Shown: piece after piece, positions 37,209 to 52,400 of the stretch
Numbering within the stretch: the stretch's first letter is position 1
How the letters are laid out: each line of letters begins with the position of its first letter
Source: Octopus vulgaris
Taxonomy: Eukaryota
NCBI GenBank assembly: GCA_951406725.2
Contig: OX597816.1
Location: 165,602,001 to 165,666,000, forward strand
DNA: 64,000 nucleotides
Reading direction: 5' to 3'
Made by a program: the position numbers and the translations under genes
The notes under the pieces: generated by a model
The model's input: the letters and a program-made list of their open reading frames with translations, nothing else
What the model was told of the DNA's origin: nothing
Database searches by the model: none

Positions 37209-38890
37209 TCTGTAAATTGGTTGCATTAGGAAGGGCATGCAGCCCTAAAAACCAGGCCAAAGCAGACAGTAAAACTTGGCAGAGTTCTCTGGCTTGCCAA
37301 CTATTGTCAAACCATCCAACCCATGCCAGTATGGAAAACGGATGAATGATGATGATAAGATGTGTGTGAGAGTCTTTGTTTTTGTTGCTGCCCCACACCA
37401 CCACCACCAGTTTCCAATAGATGTACCAAACTGCACAAGTCCCAGACAAAAAGTGCTGAGGGCAATTTATTCAACTAAAATGTTCCAAGGCAGTGCCCCA
37501 GCAGGGCTGAATCCAGTGACTGAAACATGAAAATGATAAAAAGATAAAAGGTGGCATGCTCCAGCATGGCCAGAGCAGCCATGGCTAAAACCAACAAAAG
37601 AAAGAACTATTGATTTCAGTATAGAAACATTAATCGTGTTGACTAAATGTAGCACTGATATTATTTTCCACGATGCTATTTATATATATGAAATTTCCGC
37701 AGTATATTAAAATACCCTCCTTGTTGTTATTGAGTCTCAAGTCTGCTCTTATACAGTAGACATATGATGAAAACTGTTCGAATCATGAACACCTCATCTG
37801 GTGTTTGCACATACATGGGTATAAGCTTCCATTCTTATTTCTTTATTGCTCACAAGGGGCCAAACAAGGACAGACAAAGTGATTAAGTCAATCACATTGA
37901 CTCCAGTGCATAACTGGTACTTAATTTATCGACCCCGAAAGGATGAAAGGCAAAGTTGACCTCGGCGGAATTTGAACTCAGAACGTAATGGCAGACGAAA
38001 TACCGCAAAGCATTTCACCCGGCTTGCTAAAGTTTCTGCCAGCTCGCCGCCTTGCATCCTTTCAGGGTCGATTAAATAAGTACCAGTTACACACTGGAAT
38101 CAATATAATCGACTTAATCTGTTTGTCTGTCCTTGTTTGTCCCCTCTGTGTGCAGCCCCTGGTGTGGGTAGTAAAGAAATAAGAAACAGCAACTCAATCC
38201 CAAAAGAAAGCTTGCATTCTAACCATAAAGTTTCAGATCCTGTCCTATGGTGTGACATCTTAGGCAAGTGTCTTCTACTATAGCTGTATGCTAACTGAAG
38301 CTTTTCATCATTATCAGCACCATTTAACGTCCATTTCCCATGCTGGCATGGGTTGGACAGTTTGACAGGAGCTAGCAAGGCCAGGGGCTGCACCAAGCTC
38401 CACTGTCAGCTTTGACATGGTTTCTACAGCTGGACGCCCTTCCTAATGCCAATCTCTTTTAGTGTGTACTGGGTGCCTTTTACAAGGCTGCAGCACAGGT
38501 GATTTTTATGTGGTACTGGCACCAACATCAAATAGATAGAAACTAGAAGAAGCCAGCTGCACACATATGTGTGTGTGTACTCATTTCAATGGTTGTAAAC
38601 AAGCATGACTGTCATATAAACAATGTTGTCTGTTCCCCATCTTCCATGAAAAACATGTCTAGCCATGGGTCAATGTTAACATGCCTATAAACAGGTGAGG
38701 GTTGCTGACAGGGAAGGCATCTGGCCATAGAAAGTCTGCCTCAGCAAATTCCATCTGACCCATGCAAGCATGGAAAAGTAGACACTAAATAATCAAGAGG
38801 ACAATGAATATATCTATGACTAAATTATCAAAAGCGTCCTTTTGTAATCTGAGAGAGAATTCATCTTCCTTTGGGATTGGACTGCTGTTT

Positions 38891-39126
38891 CTTATTTCTT
38901 TACTACCCACAAGGGGCTGCACACAGAGGGGACAAACAAGGACAGACAAACGGATTAAGTCGATTATATCAACCCCAGTGCATAACTGGTACTTAATTTA
39001 TCGACCCCGAAAGGATGAAAGGCAAAGTCGACCTCAGCAGAATTTGAACTGATAACATATCGGCATACGAAATACCACTAAGCATATAGCCCGGTGTGCT
39101 AACGTTTCTGCCAGCTCGCCGCCTTA
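38891..39126 (-). mobile_element. SINE family B with 21-bp TSD
   Basis: TSD TTTGGGATTG(G/A)ACTGCTGTTT at 38870-38890 and 39127-39147. Confidence 0.9.
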
Positions 39127-42100
39127 TTTGGGATTGAACTGCTGTTTATACCAAGTCAAGCAACCACACAAAGGGTTCTTCTCTGGCTGTGCCTTTCCTC
39201 ATCCTGACTTATCATTTAGCCCCAAGCCAATCCTGATCAAGGAGACCTATGATCAAACACATTACAGCTGTGACCATCCCATCAAGGGAGGGAATCTACA
39301 TTATCCAATACGTCCAACTGTATGGTATTATTTGAGGAAGGTTTGGTTGCTATTCTTGGCACATCACAAGACAAGCCATTGGCTCCCATGCTAGCTTGTT
39401 CCATCCTTGCCCATTATACAGAAAGCTACAAGTATTTCTATAAGGCATTTCCTTCTTGTTACTAACTGGTTTTAACATTTAACTGTGAAACAGTTAATAC
39501 AATCTAACCCAAAAATGTCTATTGTTCATAATTCTTCACACTTCAAATATTACGACTGTTATGGAAAGGAAGATAAAATTGAAAGCTTCGACAAGCTCAG
39601 GGGATTTACTACGTTGGAACAGGATTAGTGCATGCGAGCAATTATAATCTCTAGCAAAGTATTGCAGCAAATATCGGCATTTCAATAATCTATATACATA
39701 TATGGATATCATCATTATCAATTTAACATCCATGGATGGAGTTTATCGAGGCAGATTTTCTATGGCCAGATGCCCTTCTTGTGGCCAACCCTCACCCATT
39801 TCCAAGCGAGATAATATTTCCCCATGGTTAGACATGATTTTGCAGAAATGAATGACACTGCTTGTATGACAGTGATGCTCATTTACAACTATCATGTGAT
39901 GTCAAGACAAGGGTACACAAACATATGCACACACAGACACACCTGACAGGCTTCTTCCAGTTTCCATCTATCAAGCCCACTAAATGGGCCTCGGCTGGCC
40001 CAGGGCTGTAGAAGACACATGCCTAAGGTTCCGCATGGTGGCACTGAACCCAAAACCATGAAGCTAGGAAACAAACTTCTTAACCACACAGCCATGCTAG
40101 TGCACAAAATACAATTACTTTCAGTCATATGTCAACCACCATACTGGAGCACCAACTTGAAATCAAAAATATACTCTAGATCAGTGGAACTCAAAGTGAT
40201 GGTCTGTGAGTCATCAGCTGCTGGTATACAGTAAGTTTTCAGAAAAGAAATAATTTCACTAACTTCACCTTATTCACTGCAGTAAACAACTTATCAGCTT
40301 ATGTTATATTATATTATTTGTTTACCAAATAAATATAAAATAAGAAAAATTGCGAGCTTTTATTATATTCATTATATATACATATAGTTTCCAGTATAAA
40401 TTAATATTACTAAGAAATGTTACCGGTCCCTGGCACATTGGAAAAAAAAAGCTGCCAGTAGTTTAAGAAGCACTGCTCAAGATAATCTTTATGTTACTGC
40501 CAAAACACTATCTTAAAGATAGCATGTTAGCACTAGTGTTTGTTTACAAGCTTTTACTCATTTGGCTGAGGCCATCTAAAAAGATTTAGTCAAATCAACT
40601 TCAGTATTGTATCAATCTTTTTTGTCAAACCACTAATTTATGAGGATGTAAATACCAGCTGTCAAGTGGCTAGGGAACAAACACATGCGTGTATATATGG
40701 GCTTCCATCAAGTTTCCTTGCTACCAAATTCATTCACAAGGCATTGGTCATCCCAAAATTATAGCAGACAGTACTTGCTCCAGGTACTACCAGTGGAATT
40801 GCCCTTAAAACCATGTGGTTGGGAGGCAAACTTCTTTATCACAAACTTCTAATCTACCTATATATATATATATATGATGATATAAATGAGTAACGACGAT
40901 TATGCCCGTTTCAAGTGGCTCCATTGAATTGATTAATGAAAACGTTACATCAATTTGAAACAAATCATTCTCATTAGATGACTGAATAGACCTCAGACAT
41001 GAAGGATAAACCCATTTTTAAACAAATTTACATCAACAATGGAAACCAAAATATTTAAATTGTTTGCTTTTGTTACATCTGTGACAGAAAATAATGCATA
41101 CCTTGCTAAGCCTACTATAATTTAGAATCTGTTTACCTAACTTGCAATATGCACTTCAGAAATACTATAGAAAGTACCTTTATAAAAAGTACCTGTCTGA
41201 ATTACCAAGAGCAGATATCTTCACTTAGCTGGGCTGCATTGTCTGCACACACGACAGGAATATTAGGTACAAATAACCAAATAACCCTGCATGGAGTCTT
41301 GATATTCAATATTCAAATACGATTGTTGTGCTGTGGGGACTATACCAAATTAGCAAGGTGCCTCAATTTAAGTATCTAATTCAGCTGAATCTTAATGATT
41401 ATATATATATATATATATAAAAGCGTAGGTGTATAAATGTAGATATGGTTATAATTCAAGCTGTGTCTTCTTGAAGCACATCTGATTATTCCAGTACTCT
41501 AAAAGTAGTGGATGTTATATTTGTGTGAAGTATGCTTAATTGGTTGAAAAATACTGGAAAAAGTTTTTAGTATTTGCTCACCATGGTGAAAAGAATATGA
41601 AAAATTTTTTTCCAATCTGCTTGGATATATCTATAACACAGACTGGAATTTATATTACTTTATCATAAATTTCAGTCTTTGCTTCAATATATCAGTGACT
41701 AATATAATTGACCAGGAATTTCAACTTGTATGGATAGTCTTCTTTAAGATAAACCATCCGCACATACAATTGATAACCAGGATTTGCAGAGGTGCTTCAT
41801 GAAGATCTGGCTCAGATTTTAACCTCTTTTATACAAACGCACAAATTTTCTTACAACAAACACATTTATTCTTCATAAATAAATAAGCTGACAATAACCT
41901 ATAATATCTTTTTGCATAGTGGCAATTTAAAGGTCATTAACTTAAAATAGAAAGACACTATCTTTGTAGTTTAGTCTAGCGCCAATCAATTCCCTCATTT
42001 CACAGAGAAGCCAGATGACCTAAGTCCTACAAGCTGTAACTCACTCATTTTTTATTCATATTACATTTCAGGCTATAATTTATGTATTTTGTCTTAAGAG

Positions 42101-42384
42101 ATCTTGTGCCATGTGAAAACAGATACCATGTTAAATATTTCTACTTGACATACAAGTTTATTTCTTGATAAACTGAACTAGTTTATTTATTTATTTTCGG
42201 TGATTGTTTGTGGAAGGAAGACACCAACTGCTAACATTTCACAGGGCCTCCAAGAGTCAAGGTGGAGGAAAATGAGGAAACTATAGCTCTTGGGTGGTGG
42301 GAAGCAGCACCTCATGCTAGCAAGTTATCATCGGATGGGAGATCTGGTGCAAATGGGTAAATGATATTAAATCTATGAATAATC

Positions 42385-43145
42385 ATCATCATTATCGTTT
42401 AATATCCGTTGTCCATGCTGGCATGGGTAGAATGGTTTGATCAGAGTTGGCAAGCTGGAAGGCTGCACCAGAGCCTAGTCTGATTTGGCATGGTTTCTAT
42501 GGTTGGATGCCTTTCCTAATATCAACCACTCCAAGAGTGTAATGGGTGCTTTTACGTGCCACTGGCATGAGTGCCATTTGTGCAACACCAGTATCTGCCA
42601 CCACTGCAATTTTACTTGGCTTGATGGGTCTTCTTCTCAAGCACAATATGATGCCAAGGTCTCGGACATTCATCACTGCCTCCATGAGCTTTTCAAATGC
42701 CACTGACATTGGCCACTTTGCTTCTGTGAGGCCCAATGCTCAAAAGATGCTTTTTACATGCCAGTTACATGACACCAGCATTTGACGGGTCTTCTCAAAG
42801 GTCCAGGAATCATGAATAGTGGCATGTAAAAAGCACCATCCAAATAGTGGCCGAAGCCAGTGCCGCCTCGACTGGCTTCCGTGCAGGTAGCACGTAAAAT
42901 GCACCAATCCGACCGTGGCCGATGCCAGCCTCGCCTGGCACCAGTGCAGGTGGCACGTAAAAAGCACCCACTACACTCATGGAGTGGTTGGTGTTAGGAA
43001 GGGCATCCAGCTGTAGAAACATTGCCAGATAAGACCGGAGCCTGGTGCAGCCTTCTGGCTTCCCAGATCCCCGGTCGAACCGTCCAACCCATGCTAGCAT
43101 GGAGAACGGACGTTAAACGATGATGATGATCATAATCATCATCAT
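42385..43145. mobile_element. Two oppositely oriented RTE-tail elements (family C)
   Basis: Minus copy ~42385-42810 includes the ORF end GLTEA...; plus copy ~42815-43130 ends in (GAT)n. Confidence 0.8.
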
Positions 43146-44819
43146 CATCCATTTAATGTCAACTGTCCCAAGCTTGCATGCCCTTCCTGTTACCAGCCCT
43201 CACTTGCTTCTAAGAAAGGTAACATTTCTCTATAACTGGACATGTTTCCATGGAAGATTGGAAAGAAATGACACTGCATGTCTAATGTTAAGTCAATGTT
43301 AAGATGAAGCAGCACAAACACACACATGCAGAGGATTCCTTTCAGTTTCCAGCTGCTAAATTCACTGATTAACTGACAAAGCTTTGGTTAGCCTGAAGTT
43401 ATAGTTAAAGACACTTGCCCTGGATGCCTCAAGTGGGATTGAACCCAAAACCACATGGTCAGGAAGCAAACTTCTTAACCTCAGAGCCACGCTTGCAACA
43501 TATTAAAATCTGCAATAGACATCAAGGCTAGCTTCTAGTTGTTTTAGTTTTATAAATAATGATGAAATGAAGCAGGAGGCAGTACTTGTTTGGATATCTG
43601 CTGCAGACTATTGCAACCTCTTTATGAAACAGTGGCTGGTTGATGCTATAAAGGAATTCCAGAGAATACGTATCGAGAGAGAGAGAGACAAATGAAGAGT
43701 GATGGAGTGAAAATAATCAATTATGCATCAAGCAATAACTTAATGCAATTCACGGTGATGGTGCCCTCAACAACCAAAAGTTGTTTTAACAACTTCCTCT
43801 TGTTAACTCATATTGATTTATCAGGAACTGGGATGGTGAGACACACTTGTTCAAACAAGCACTCTTTGACCCCCATATCTGAATCTTTCCAAACATCAGC
43901 CTCTTGTTTGTTTGCTTGTGTTTTCTTCTGTTGTTCTTGCCTCATCACACTTTCTAGATAGTCATCTCTTAACCCCTTGTATTTTCATTCAGCTAAGTAA
44001 CTCCTCCATTGTACTCCGTGGATTTGTTGTCTCCACTCCACATTGAAAAACAATTGCTTCCATAATTGAAAATACATACAAATCAAGTGGCCTGCTTTTT
44101 ACTACAAACTCTTAAGCCATAATGTTATTTATGACTGGTTATTTAAATATGGGCATCACCTGATGCAATGTGCAGTCTACAACACAATGGAACTCTCTAT
44201 TATCCAACACTATACCTTAATAATGCATGTTCACATCAAAAGTTTTATGGTAAATTCAACAAAAAAATTCTGCACAGGTAATATTATTATTATTACTATT
44301 TATGTAAACAGTCTTTTTTTATATAAAACAACAATACAAAAGGCAATGATGAATTATTTCATGATTTTATAATGGGAGAATATATCTGACAAAGGAAAGC
44401 CATTAAGATTTTGTTGCTATTGTTGTTGTTGTTGTCAATCCCATAGACATCATCACAATCATGTGTTGTTAGCCACTTGGGTCAAATAGAGTTTGTCAAA
44501 GCAGATTTTTCTACAACCAAACACTCTGCCTGTCACCAATCCTCACTTGTTTCCAAACGTGGCATTATTCCTCCATGGCATGACATATTTTTTTTCTCAG
44601 ATTAGAAACAAATCAATTAGCAAAATGTTGAAGCTTATTGGCAACTAATGTACAAGTCAAGAAAAGGAGACACAAACATGCGCACACACACACACACACA
44701 CACACACCGTCCCTACTCTGTGATATTGTATACCACTTTTCTCATAATCTCTGGAAACCCTAGATGGCAGTCCCCAAAGTCCATGCCTAAATCCTGCACT
44801 ATTCCCTCCTTCTCTCTGA

Positions 44820-45424
44820 CCCGCCCAAATAAGCATTCACATCATTCTCTCAAATGTAATATTCATTTATCTACATAGTTTTCAATTAATCATGCATTAC
44901 TCACAAGCATCCAAATTCTGAGGGTATTCTTGGACTTGTTTCAGTCAGTTGACTGAGGCCATGCTGGAGCACCACCTTAAAGGGTTTTTAGTCGAAGAAC
45001 TCGACCCCAAGACTTATTCTTTGTATGCCTAGTACTTATTATATCAGTCTCTTTTGCAGAACCGCTAAGTTACCGGTACATAAATGCACCAACACCAGTT
45101 GTCAAGAAATTGGAGTGGGGGAGATAACAAACAGACAAATATATACATATATATACAATGGGCTTCTTTCAGTTTCCGTCTACTAAATCAACTCAAGGCT
45201 TTGGTCACCCCAAGGCTAAAGTAGAAGATACTTTGCCCAATGTGCCACAGAGTGGAACTGAACCCAGGACCATGTGGTTCGGAAGCAAGTTTCTCACCAA
45301 GCCTAATTTGTTTATGTTTAGAATGACATTGAAGGGTAGGTGTGAGAGACCAGAGCTGGCTGATTTGAAGATTAAATAAGTGGAATATTTGACTGAATAA
45401 AGTTGGTTTAAATGCTAAAAGGTT
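44820..45424. mobile_element. piggyBac-like MITE split by a family A SINE (44930-45300)
   Basis: The two halves are colinear with 27354-27574. Confidence 0.65.
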
Positions 45425-46383
45425 AGGGTTAGGCTAATTAATGTGGTTTCAATTAGGCAGAGACTTGGGGTATTTGAAGCAACGGATCTATAGATGGGCA
45501 TTTGGTTGTTGATCCAATTAGTTGTGATAGAGACAGAACAGAGCTAACACAGAATTGCCACACTGGCAATATGACCACCACTTCTGAAAACATATTCTTT
45601 GTTTATTAAAGCAAACGATTTTCTTTTTTTTTTTTATGCTTGAATGGGTCAAACAGAATTTAAGGCAGATTATCTATGGCTGGATCAGTCTTCCTGTCAC
45701 CACCCCTCACCTATTTCCAAGCAATATTTTTTTTTTGCCCACAAGGGGCTAAACATAGAGGGGACAAACAAGGACAGACAAACGGATTAAATCGATTACA
45801 TCAACCCCAATGCATAACTGGTACTTAATTTATCGACCCTGAAAGGATGAAAGACCTTGGCGGAATTTGAACTCAGAACGCAGCAGCAGACAAAATAACA
45901 CAAAGCATTTTGCCCAGCTTGCTCACGTTTCTGCCAGCTCGCTGCCCTAGCATGGTAATATCTCCCCTTGGCCTGACATGTTTTTGCAGACTATTGGAAA
46001 TGAACAACACTTGTTAGCAACCAGCATAGCATGACAAGAACAAGCACACATACCTATCCCCACATGGTAAGAAATTCAACAAGTAGTAACGCACTCAGTT
46101 AAAGATATTGATCTTCCAACTAACTGAATTTCACAAGGTTTATGCGTGATTTTTATCATCATCATTTAAACATGTGTGTGTGTCTCTCTCTCAAATATTA
46201 CTATTTTTAATATAATTTAAAACTGCATGATTTGGCTCCATATAAGTTAAAATGTCACAGGCTTTAGTAACTTTTACTTTTGTTTAGATACACATGTGTG
46301 TGTGTGTTTATATATATATATATACACACACATAATTTACTGTGGTTTTCTACTGCAAATATATACATGTATATATAATCTCC

Positions 46384-46590
46384 CCTTCTGTCCGGCATTC
46401 GCCATGATAGATCGCCAACCACTACACATTCTTTATTTTCTCACCTTGTTTCTATCTGTGCTCCTTTCTGTGGAAGAGCGTAGGCTCAAAACGTTAAAGA
46501 CTTTTTCACTTCCCGAGTGTTATACTAATACATGTGTTTGCTGTCTACACCACCTGTCTTCGTCTTTTGTTTTTTTGTGAATTCTCGCTG
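46384..46590 (+). mobile_element. Microsatellite-embedded Penelope-like short repeat
   Basis: Inverted homologue of 17200-17397; flanked by (TA)n. Confidence 0.5.
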
Positions 46591-46816
46591 TATATATACA
46601 CGTAAAAATTCTCCCTGTATATATATATATATATATATACACGTAAAAAGCACCCACTACACTCACAGAGTGGTTGGCGTTAGGAAGGGCATCCAGCCAT
46701 AGAAACACTGCCAGATTTGACTGGGCCTGATGAAGCCTTCTGGCTTCACAGACCCCAGTAGAACCATCCAACCCATGCTAGCATGGAAAACGGACGCTAA
46801 ACGATGATGATGATGA

Positions 46817-46873
<57 letters not shown>

Positions 46874-47093
46874 CATGCACATACACACACACACACACAG
46901 AGGCTCCTCTCACTTTGATACCAAATCACCTGAGACCACCCTTAGTCTCACATGGTTTGGTATCAAAGGGCTTAGAAGAGAGTTATGATAAATAAATAAA
47001 CCACCAGTTACTTCCTGTTCAAGAGATAATTGTGGCTTAGAAACATTTTTATGCTACAAAATGGGAGTGGTATATTACATGTGTATGTGTGTG

Positions 47094-47125
<32 letters not shown>

Positions 47126-47311
47126 CACGTGTATATAATATGTGCATGTATATGTGTGTTTATATATGTATGTATATATATGCTATCGGAGATAGACTAT
47201 AAGACAGAAATAGTTGCTTTTGTTTGTTTTGACGTTTTATTTTTATCTTGCAGCTGGTAACCATTATTGTCTGGTCAAATAGGTCCATATCTCATAGTCC
47301 TATGTATCACT

Positions 47312-47760
47312 GGTGTGGTGGTGGTTGGAGAGTGTGAAGATGGTGACAATGATAACAAGGATGGTAGTGGTGGGTAGTAGTAGAGATGATGGTGGTTGTG
47401 GTGGTGATGGTGGTGGTTGTGGTAGTGATGGTGGTGGTTGTGGTAGTGATGGTGGTGGTTGTGGTGATGGTGGTGGTGGTGGTAGTGATGGTGGTGGTGG
47501 TGATGGTGGTGGTTGTGGTAGTGATGGTGGTGGGTGGTGGTGATGGTGGTGGTTGTGGTAGTGGTGGTGGTGGTGTGGTGTGATGGTGGTGGTGGTGGTG
47601 GTGGTGGTGGTGGTAGTGATGGTGGTGGTTGTGGTGGTGATGGTGGTGGTTGTGGTGGTGATGGTGGTGGTGGTGGTTGTGATGGTGGTGGTGGTTGTGG
47701 TAGTGATGGTAGTAGTCGTGGTAGTGATGCTGGTGGTGGTGGTGGTGATAGCGATGGTGT
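47312..47760 (+). repeat. (GGT)n degenerate trinucleotide array
   Basis: Direct inspection; ~21-nt higher-order unit GGTAGTGATGGTGGTGGTTGT. Confidence 0.95.
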
Positions 47761-49404
47761 CAATTATATTCCAATAATTAACTAAAATATCACAATTTAA
47801 TCAATTTACCTGCAATGAAACATTTTTATAACAGAGTCTATCAAAAATAGTTAATGGTCATAGGTATGGTTGCTTCCCGACTAAGGGTTTTGTGGTTCAG
47901 TACCACAACAAAGCACTGAATAATGCTGTGGGTTGACCAAAGCTTGAGAGTAAATTATGGTAAACGGAAACTTTGTGGAAGCCCTGCAGTAGTGGTCATA
48001 ATGGGAGATCTGTTCCCATTCCCAGGGAGGTGGAGGTAGACTTAATCCCTCATCTGGATAAACACCACCAGTTAATCCTTGGATGATGTTCAGCCCTTCA
48101 ATTGTCCTTTGATTCTGTCAGCGGCTATACCTATTTTATTGGCCCTCATGCCGGTGGCATGTAAAAGCACCCACTACACTCTCGGAGTGGTTGGCGTTAG
48201 GAAGGGCATCCAGCTGTAGAAACTCTGCTAGATCAAGATTGGAGCCTGGTGCAGCCATCTAGTTCGCCAATCCTCAGTCAAATCGTCCAACCCATGCTAG
48301 CAAAGAAAGTGGACGTTAAACGATGATGATGATAATGAGAAAATGTGGAAGGGCAACACTCGTTAAGATTAATCCGTTTGTTGCCATATTTCAGTAGAGA
48401 TACACTGCCTTTATTTCAATTAATTTTTTAAATAATGAAGAATTTAGTAGAAATAACTGTGATTATTAAGCTTGTATTTAGAACATAAATTAGCATTAAA
48501 TTTCAATGGAAGTTCTAAATTAAATCACTTTAACATAGGAAGTTTGAATCACATAACCAGGGGTGGTGACAGGCAGGCTGGTATAGAAAGAGTAAAGCCA
48601 GGAAGACTATTAAAAAATATATTTAAAGCATTCAGAGGGGAGTTCTAATCTGGAGGTAAATCATTGTCTCCTACCCTCCCCAATCTCGGAGACCCTGCAG
48701 GAAATGTCATGCCCTTTCTCCTCTCGCTGGGCTAATTAAAATAACTCTAAGCATGTCAGTTTATTCTGTTATTATTGCTATTATTTGAAAAATTCCCCGC
48801 CCTGTCTGGCAATCTGCTTTCACCCAATTTTGGCAATGAGCTTCACTCAGCCAAGCTAGAGAATTTCTCCCATATTTTAATCCTTCTGGCACACATGCAT
48901 GCATACATACACGTGTATATACACCCAAATATATATACATACACATGCATATAAATAAATATATACACACATGAATACGGACACATGTATATACACAAAT
49001 ATACATACACATGGATATAGATACATTTATATACACATACATATAAACAGATCAATACACACATGCATATAAATACATCTATATATATATAATATATACA
49101 TAGGCACAGGAGTGGCTGTGTGGTAAGAAGTTTGCTTACCAACCACATGGTTCCAGGTTTAGTCCCACTGTGTGACACCTTGGGCAAGTGTCTTCTATAG
49201 CCTTGAGCTGACCAAAGCCTTGTGAATGGATTTGGTAGACGGAAACTGAAAGAAGCCCATCATATATACATATATATATATATGTATTTGTGTGACTGCG
49301 ATTGAACCCCAACATCACTTGACAACTGATGTTGGTTTGTTTACATCCTCGTAACATAGCAGTTCGGCAAAAGAGACCGATAGAATAAGTACTAGGCTTA
49401 CAAA

Positions 49405-49594
<190 letters not shown>

Positions 49595-49691
49595 ACATCT
49601 AGATTATATATATATATATAAGAGAGAGAGAGAGAGAAAGAAATTATATATATATAAATATATATATACACACACACACATATATGAGATC

Positions 49692-49724
<33 letters not shown>

Positions 49725-51130
49725 CATATAAGAGATCATATATATAGAGAGACAGAGAGAAAGCGAGATTATATATACATACACATATATACATCTAGCT
49801 ATACTTATACATAGACACATACAAACATGTATACACACACACACAGAAATTTATATATACAGAAACATGCATGCACACACACACCTATACACCTATATAG
49901 CTACCAAAACAAAATCCTACATGTTTTAAGGTCAAATTACTTCTATTATGTGACCTGCCCAGCTTTCCTTCCTTAATGTTTCAAATCAAACAATCCACTT
50001 GATCACTGCTTCATTCAGGTCTTTAGTCTAAACTATGAACAGAACACACGGCATAGGAATTTCCTCAACCAATTCCATACAAGAAAATTTCTTATAAGCA
50101 AGCTAATGAGGGTTCCTCATACCATTAGAAATAAAAGCCAAATCATCCTCAAATCAGACCTATCTTATGAGAATAAAGGTCACACTGGATAATGTGGTAC
50201 TAGATAAATTGTCTGAACAGGTAAAAAAATGGAGAAAGACTGAAAGAGAGGATGGTCACGTTTGGAATGTCCTTAATCTGACATAGCATGTCATCATCAT
50301 TTAACATCCGTTGTCCATGCTGGCATGGGTTGGATGGTTTAACCAGGGTTGGCACGCTGGAAGGCTGCACCAGATCCAGTCTGATTTGGCCTGAGCTTAA
50401 GTGTCTGGATGCCCTGCCTGAAGCCTAGACCTCACTTCGTCTCTGTGCTTCTTCCACTCCCTCATCTCCCTCTGTACCGCTCATACCCTCTCTAACTGCC
50501 CTGGTCCTTATACTCTATCTATATCCTCAATCTGTCCCTTGCTGCTTATCCTTTCTATTTGCCCTCTGCTCTTACTCTATCGCTATCGCCTGCCAGACTC
50601 TTCCTCTCTATCTGTCCCTTTTCTCTTACTGTCAATACCCTCTCCATCTGTTCTTAGATTCCCTTAATCTGTCTTCCTCTTTCACTTCTTCAAGGGGTGC
50701 TCAGAATGACCTCCAATCGACCGCACAAGGTCAGAAAGGTCTCATTAATCTCCCACTAGACAAAGGACCCGTCACTTTTCACCAGACATACTGGAACCAT
50801 TATTCCTATGTGGGTCACCAGAAACACTACACTAATTAAACCTGAAATGCACTTAGCCAGGTCAAATATATATATGTGTATATTTATGTGTCTGTGTTTG
50901 TCCCCCAACCATTGCTTGACAACCTATGTTGGTGCAAAAGAAGCCGATAGAATAAGTACTAGGCTTACAAAGAATAAGTTCTGGGGGCGATTTGTTCGAC
51001 TAAAGGTGGTGCTCCAGCATGGCCGCAGAGTGTGGTGCAGCCACTGGCTTTCCAGACCTCAGCTAAACTGTCCAACCTATGCCAGCATGGAAAACGGATG
51101 TTAAATGATGATGATGTATATAACTATATC

Positions 51131-51358
51131 TATTTCTTTACTACCCACAAGGGGCTAAACACAGAGGGGACAAACAAGGACAGACAAACGGATTAAGTCG
51201 ATTGTATCGACCCCAGTGCGTAACTGGTTCTTAATTTATCGACCCCGAGAGGATGAAAGGCAAAGTCGACCTCAGCGGAATTTGAACTCAGAACGTAACG
51301 GCAGACGAAATATCGCTAAACATTTCGCCCGGCGTGCTAACGTTTCTACCAGCTCGCC
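51131..51358 (-). mobile_element. SINE family B with 18-bp TSD
   Basis: TSD GATGTATATAACTATATC at 51113-51130 and 51359-51376. Confidence 0.92.
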
Positions 51359-51929
51359 GATGTATATAACTATATCAATGAATGTGTACATATACAGGCA
51401 TGTATATATGTGTTTAATTTGTACAATGATTCCACCATAATAAATCTACAATGCCATAAAACACATGGGCTAAACAAGCAACATTCCAAAATTACATCCC
51501 TACCTGAGAAAGAGAAAAGGGACAGACTCAGCATGGTCAAAATCATTAACATAGTTGCCTGGCAACTAATAAGTATATAGTTGTCATTAAGCAGTTGAAA
51601 TAACCATAAAAAAACAACAAAACCCAAAGCTATTAACTTGTTCATATAATGTGTGTGTTTCCAGACATTGTATTTTTATATTAGTCATAAAACCCATCAC
51701 ATAGCAAGTCATAATCATTTGGAATTCTTTAAACTGGGAAGTGGCAGAACTGGGAGACCAATGGAGAAAATACTTTTATTGTATTTTTCCAGTTCTTCAT
51801 GAGATCAACATTGTCTGTTATTTTCTGTCCAGGATTGATCAAATAAAGTACCAGTCAAATACTGGTGTTCACGGTACTGACAATGCCCCTCCCCTCAAAA
51901 ACTGTTGATCTTGCACCTACATGAAGAAG

Positions 51930-52400
51930 CATTAATTGAAAGAATTCGATGAAGGAGGAAGCAAGTCAAGAATATGGTTTGTTCATTAACTGTGACAAAA
52001 CGGAATCGCTAATTATCTCTGAATCATATAATCCAGATAATCCTCTGATAGCTGATAAACTGTCAAAGAGTTGAAGGAGTCTTGCAATGCAGGGATGCTG
52101 GGAGTATTATTAGAAATCAATGCAATGACAGCCAAGAGATAAAATGAAGAACTGCATTAGCCAAATCTGCTGCTGTTGCTTCTTCAAACTACATTTGGGA
52201 ACAAACATCCTTGAATAAGGAACAAAGGCCAACTTGGAACTGTTGGCCACTTTGAGATTTGGTGTTTCCAATGGAAACCAACAGATGGATCTGCATGCTG
52301 GCCTCATAAAATAGCTGAGAGAAAGGGAAAAAAATGACAGAGGATTTTCAAGTTTGGTGTTATAAAAGAATGCTAAGAAGTACTTGGAGAGAAACAGGGA
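51930..52400 (+). pseudogene. Decayed RTE/BovB-like LINE reverse transcriptase fragment
   Basis: EASQEYGLFINCDKTE...AGSIIRNQCNDSQEIK*RTALAKSA...FQVWCYKRMLRSTWRE across frameshifts. Confidence 0.8.

Noticed and set aside
43740-44220. Possible pogo/Tigger transposase N-terminal remnant
   Set aside because: Only vague similarity, and the TIR-like sequence at ~44186 points the wrong way.
46727-46750. CTGATGA followed by a hairpin in family C copies (also 54962)
   Set aside because: No GAAA box or stem I; not a hammerhead.
47275-47785. Pro/His- or Gly-rich ORFs resembling structural proteins
   Set aside because: (GGT)n microsatellite open in several frames on both strands; no unique coding context.
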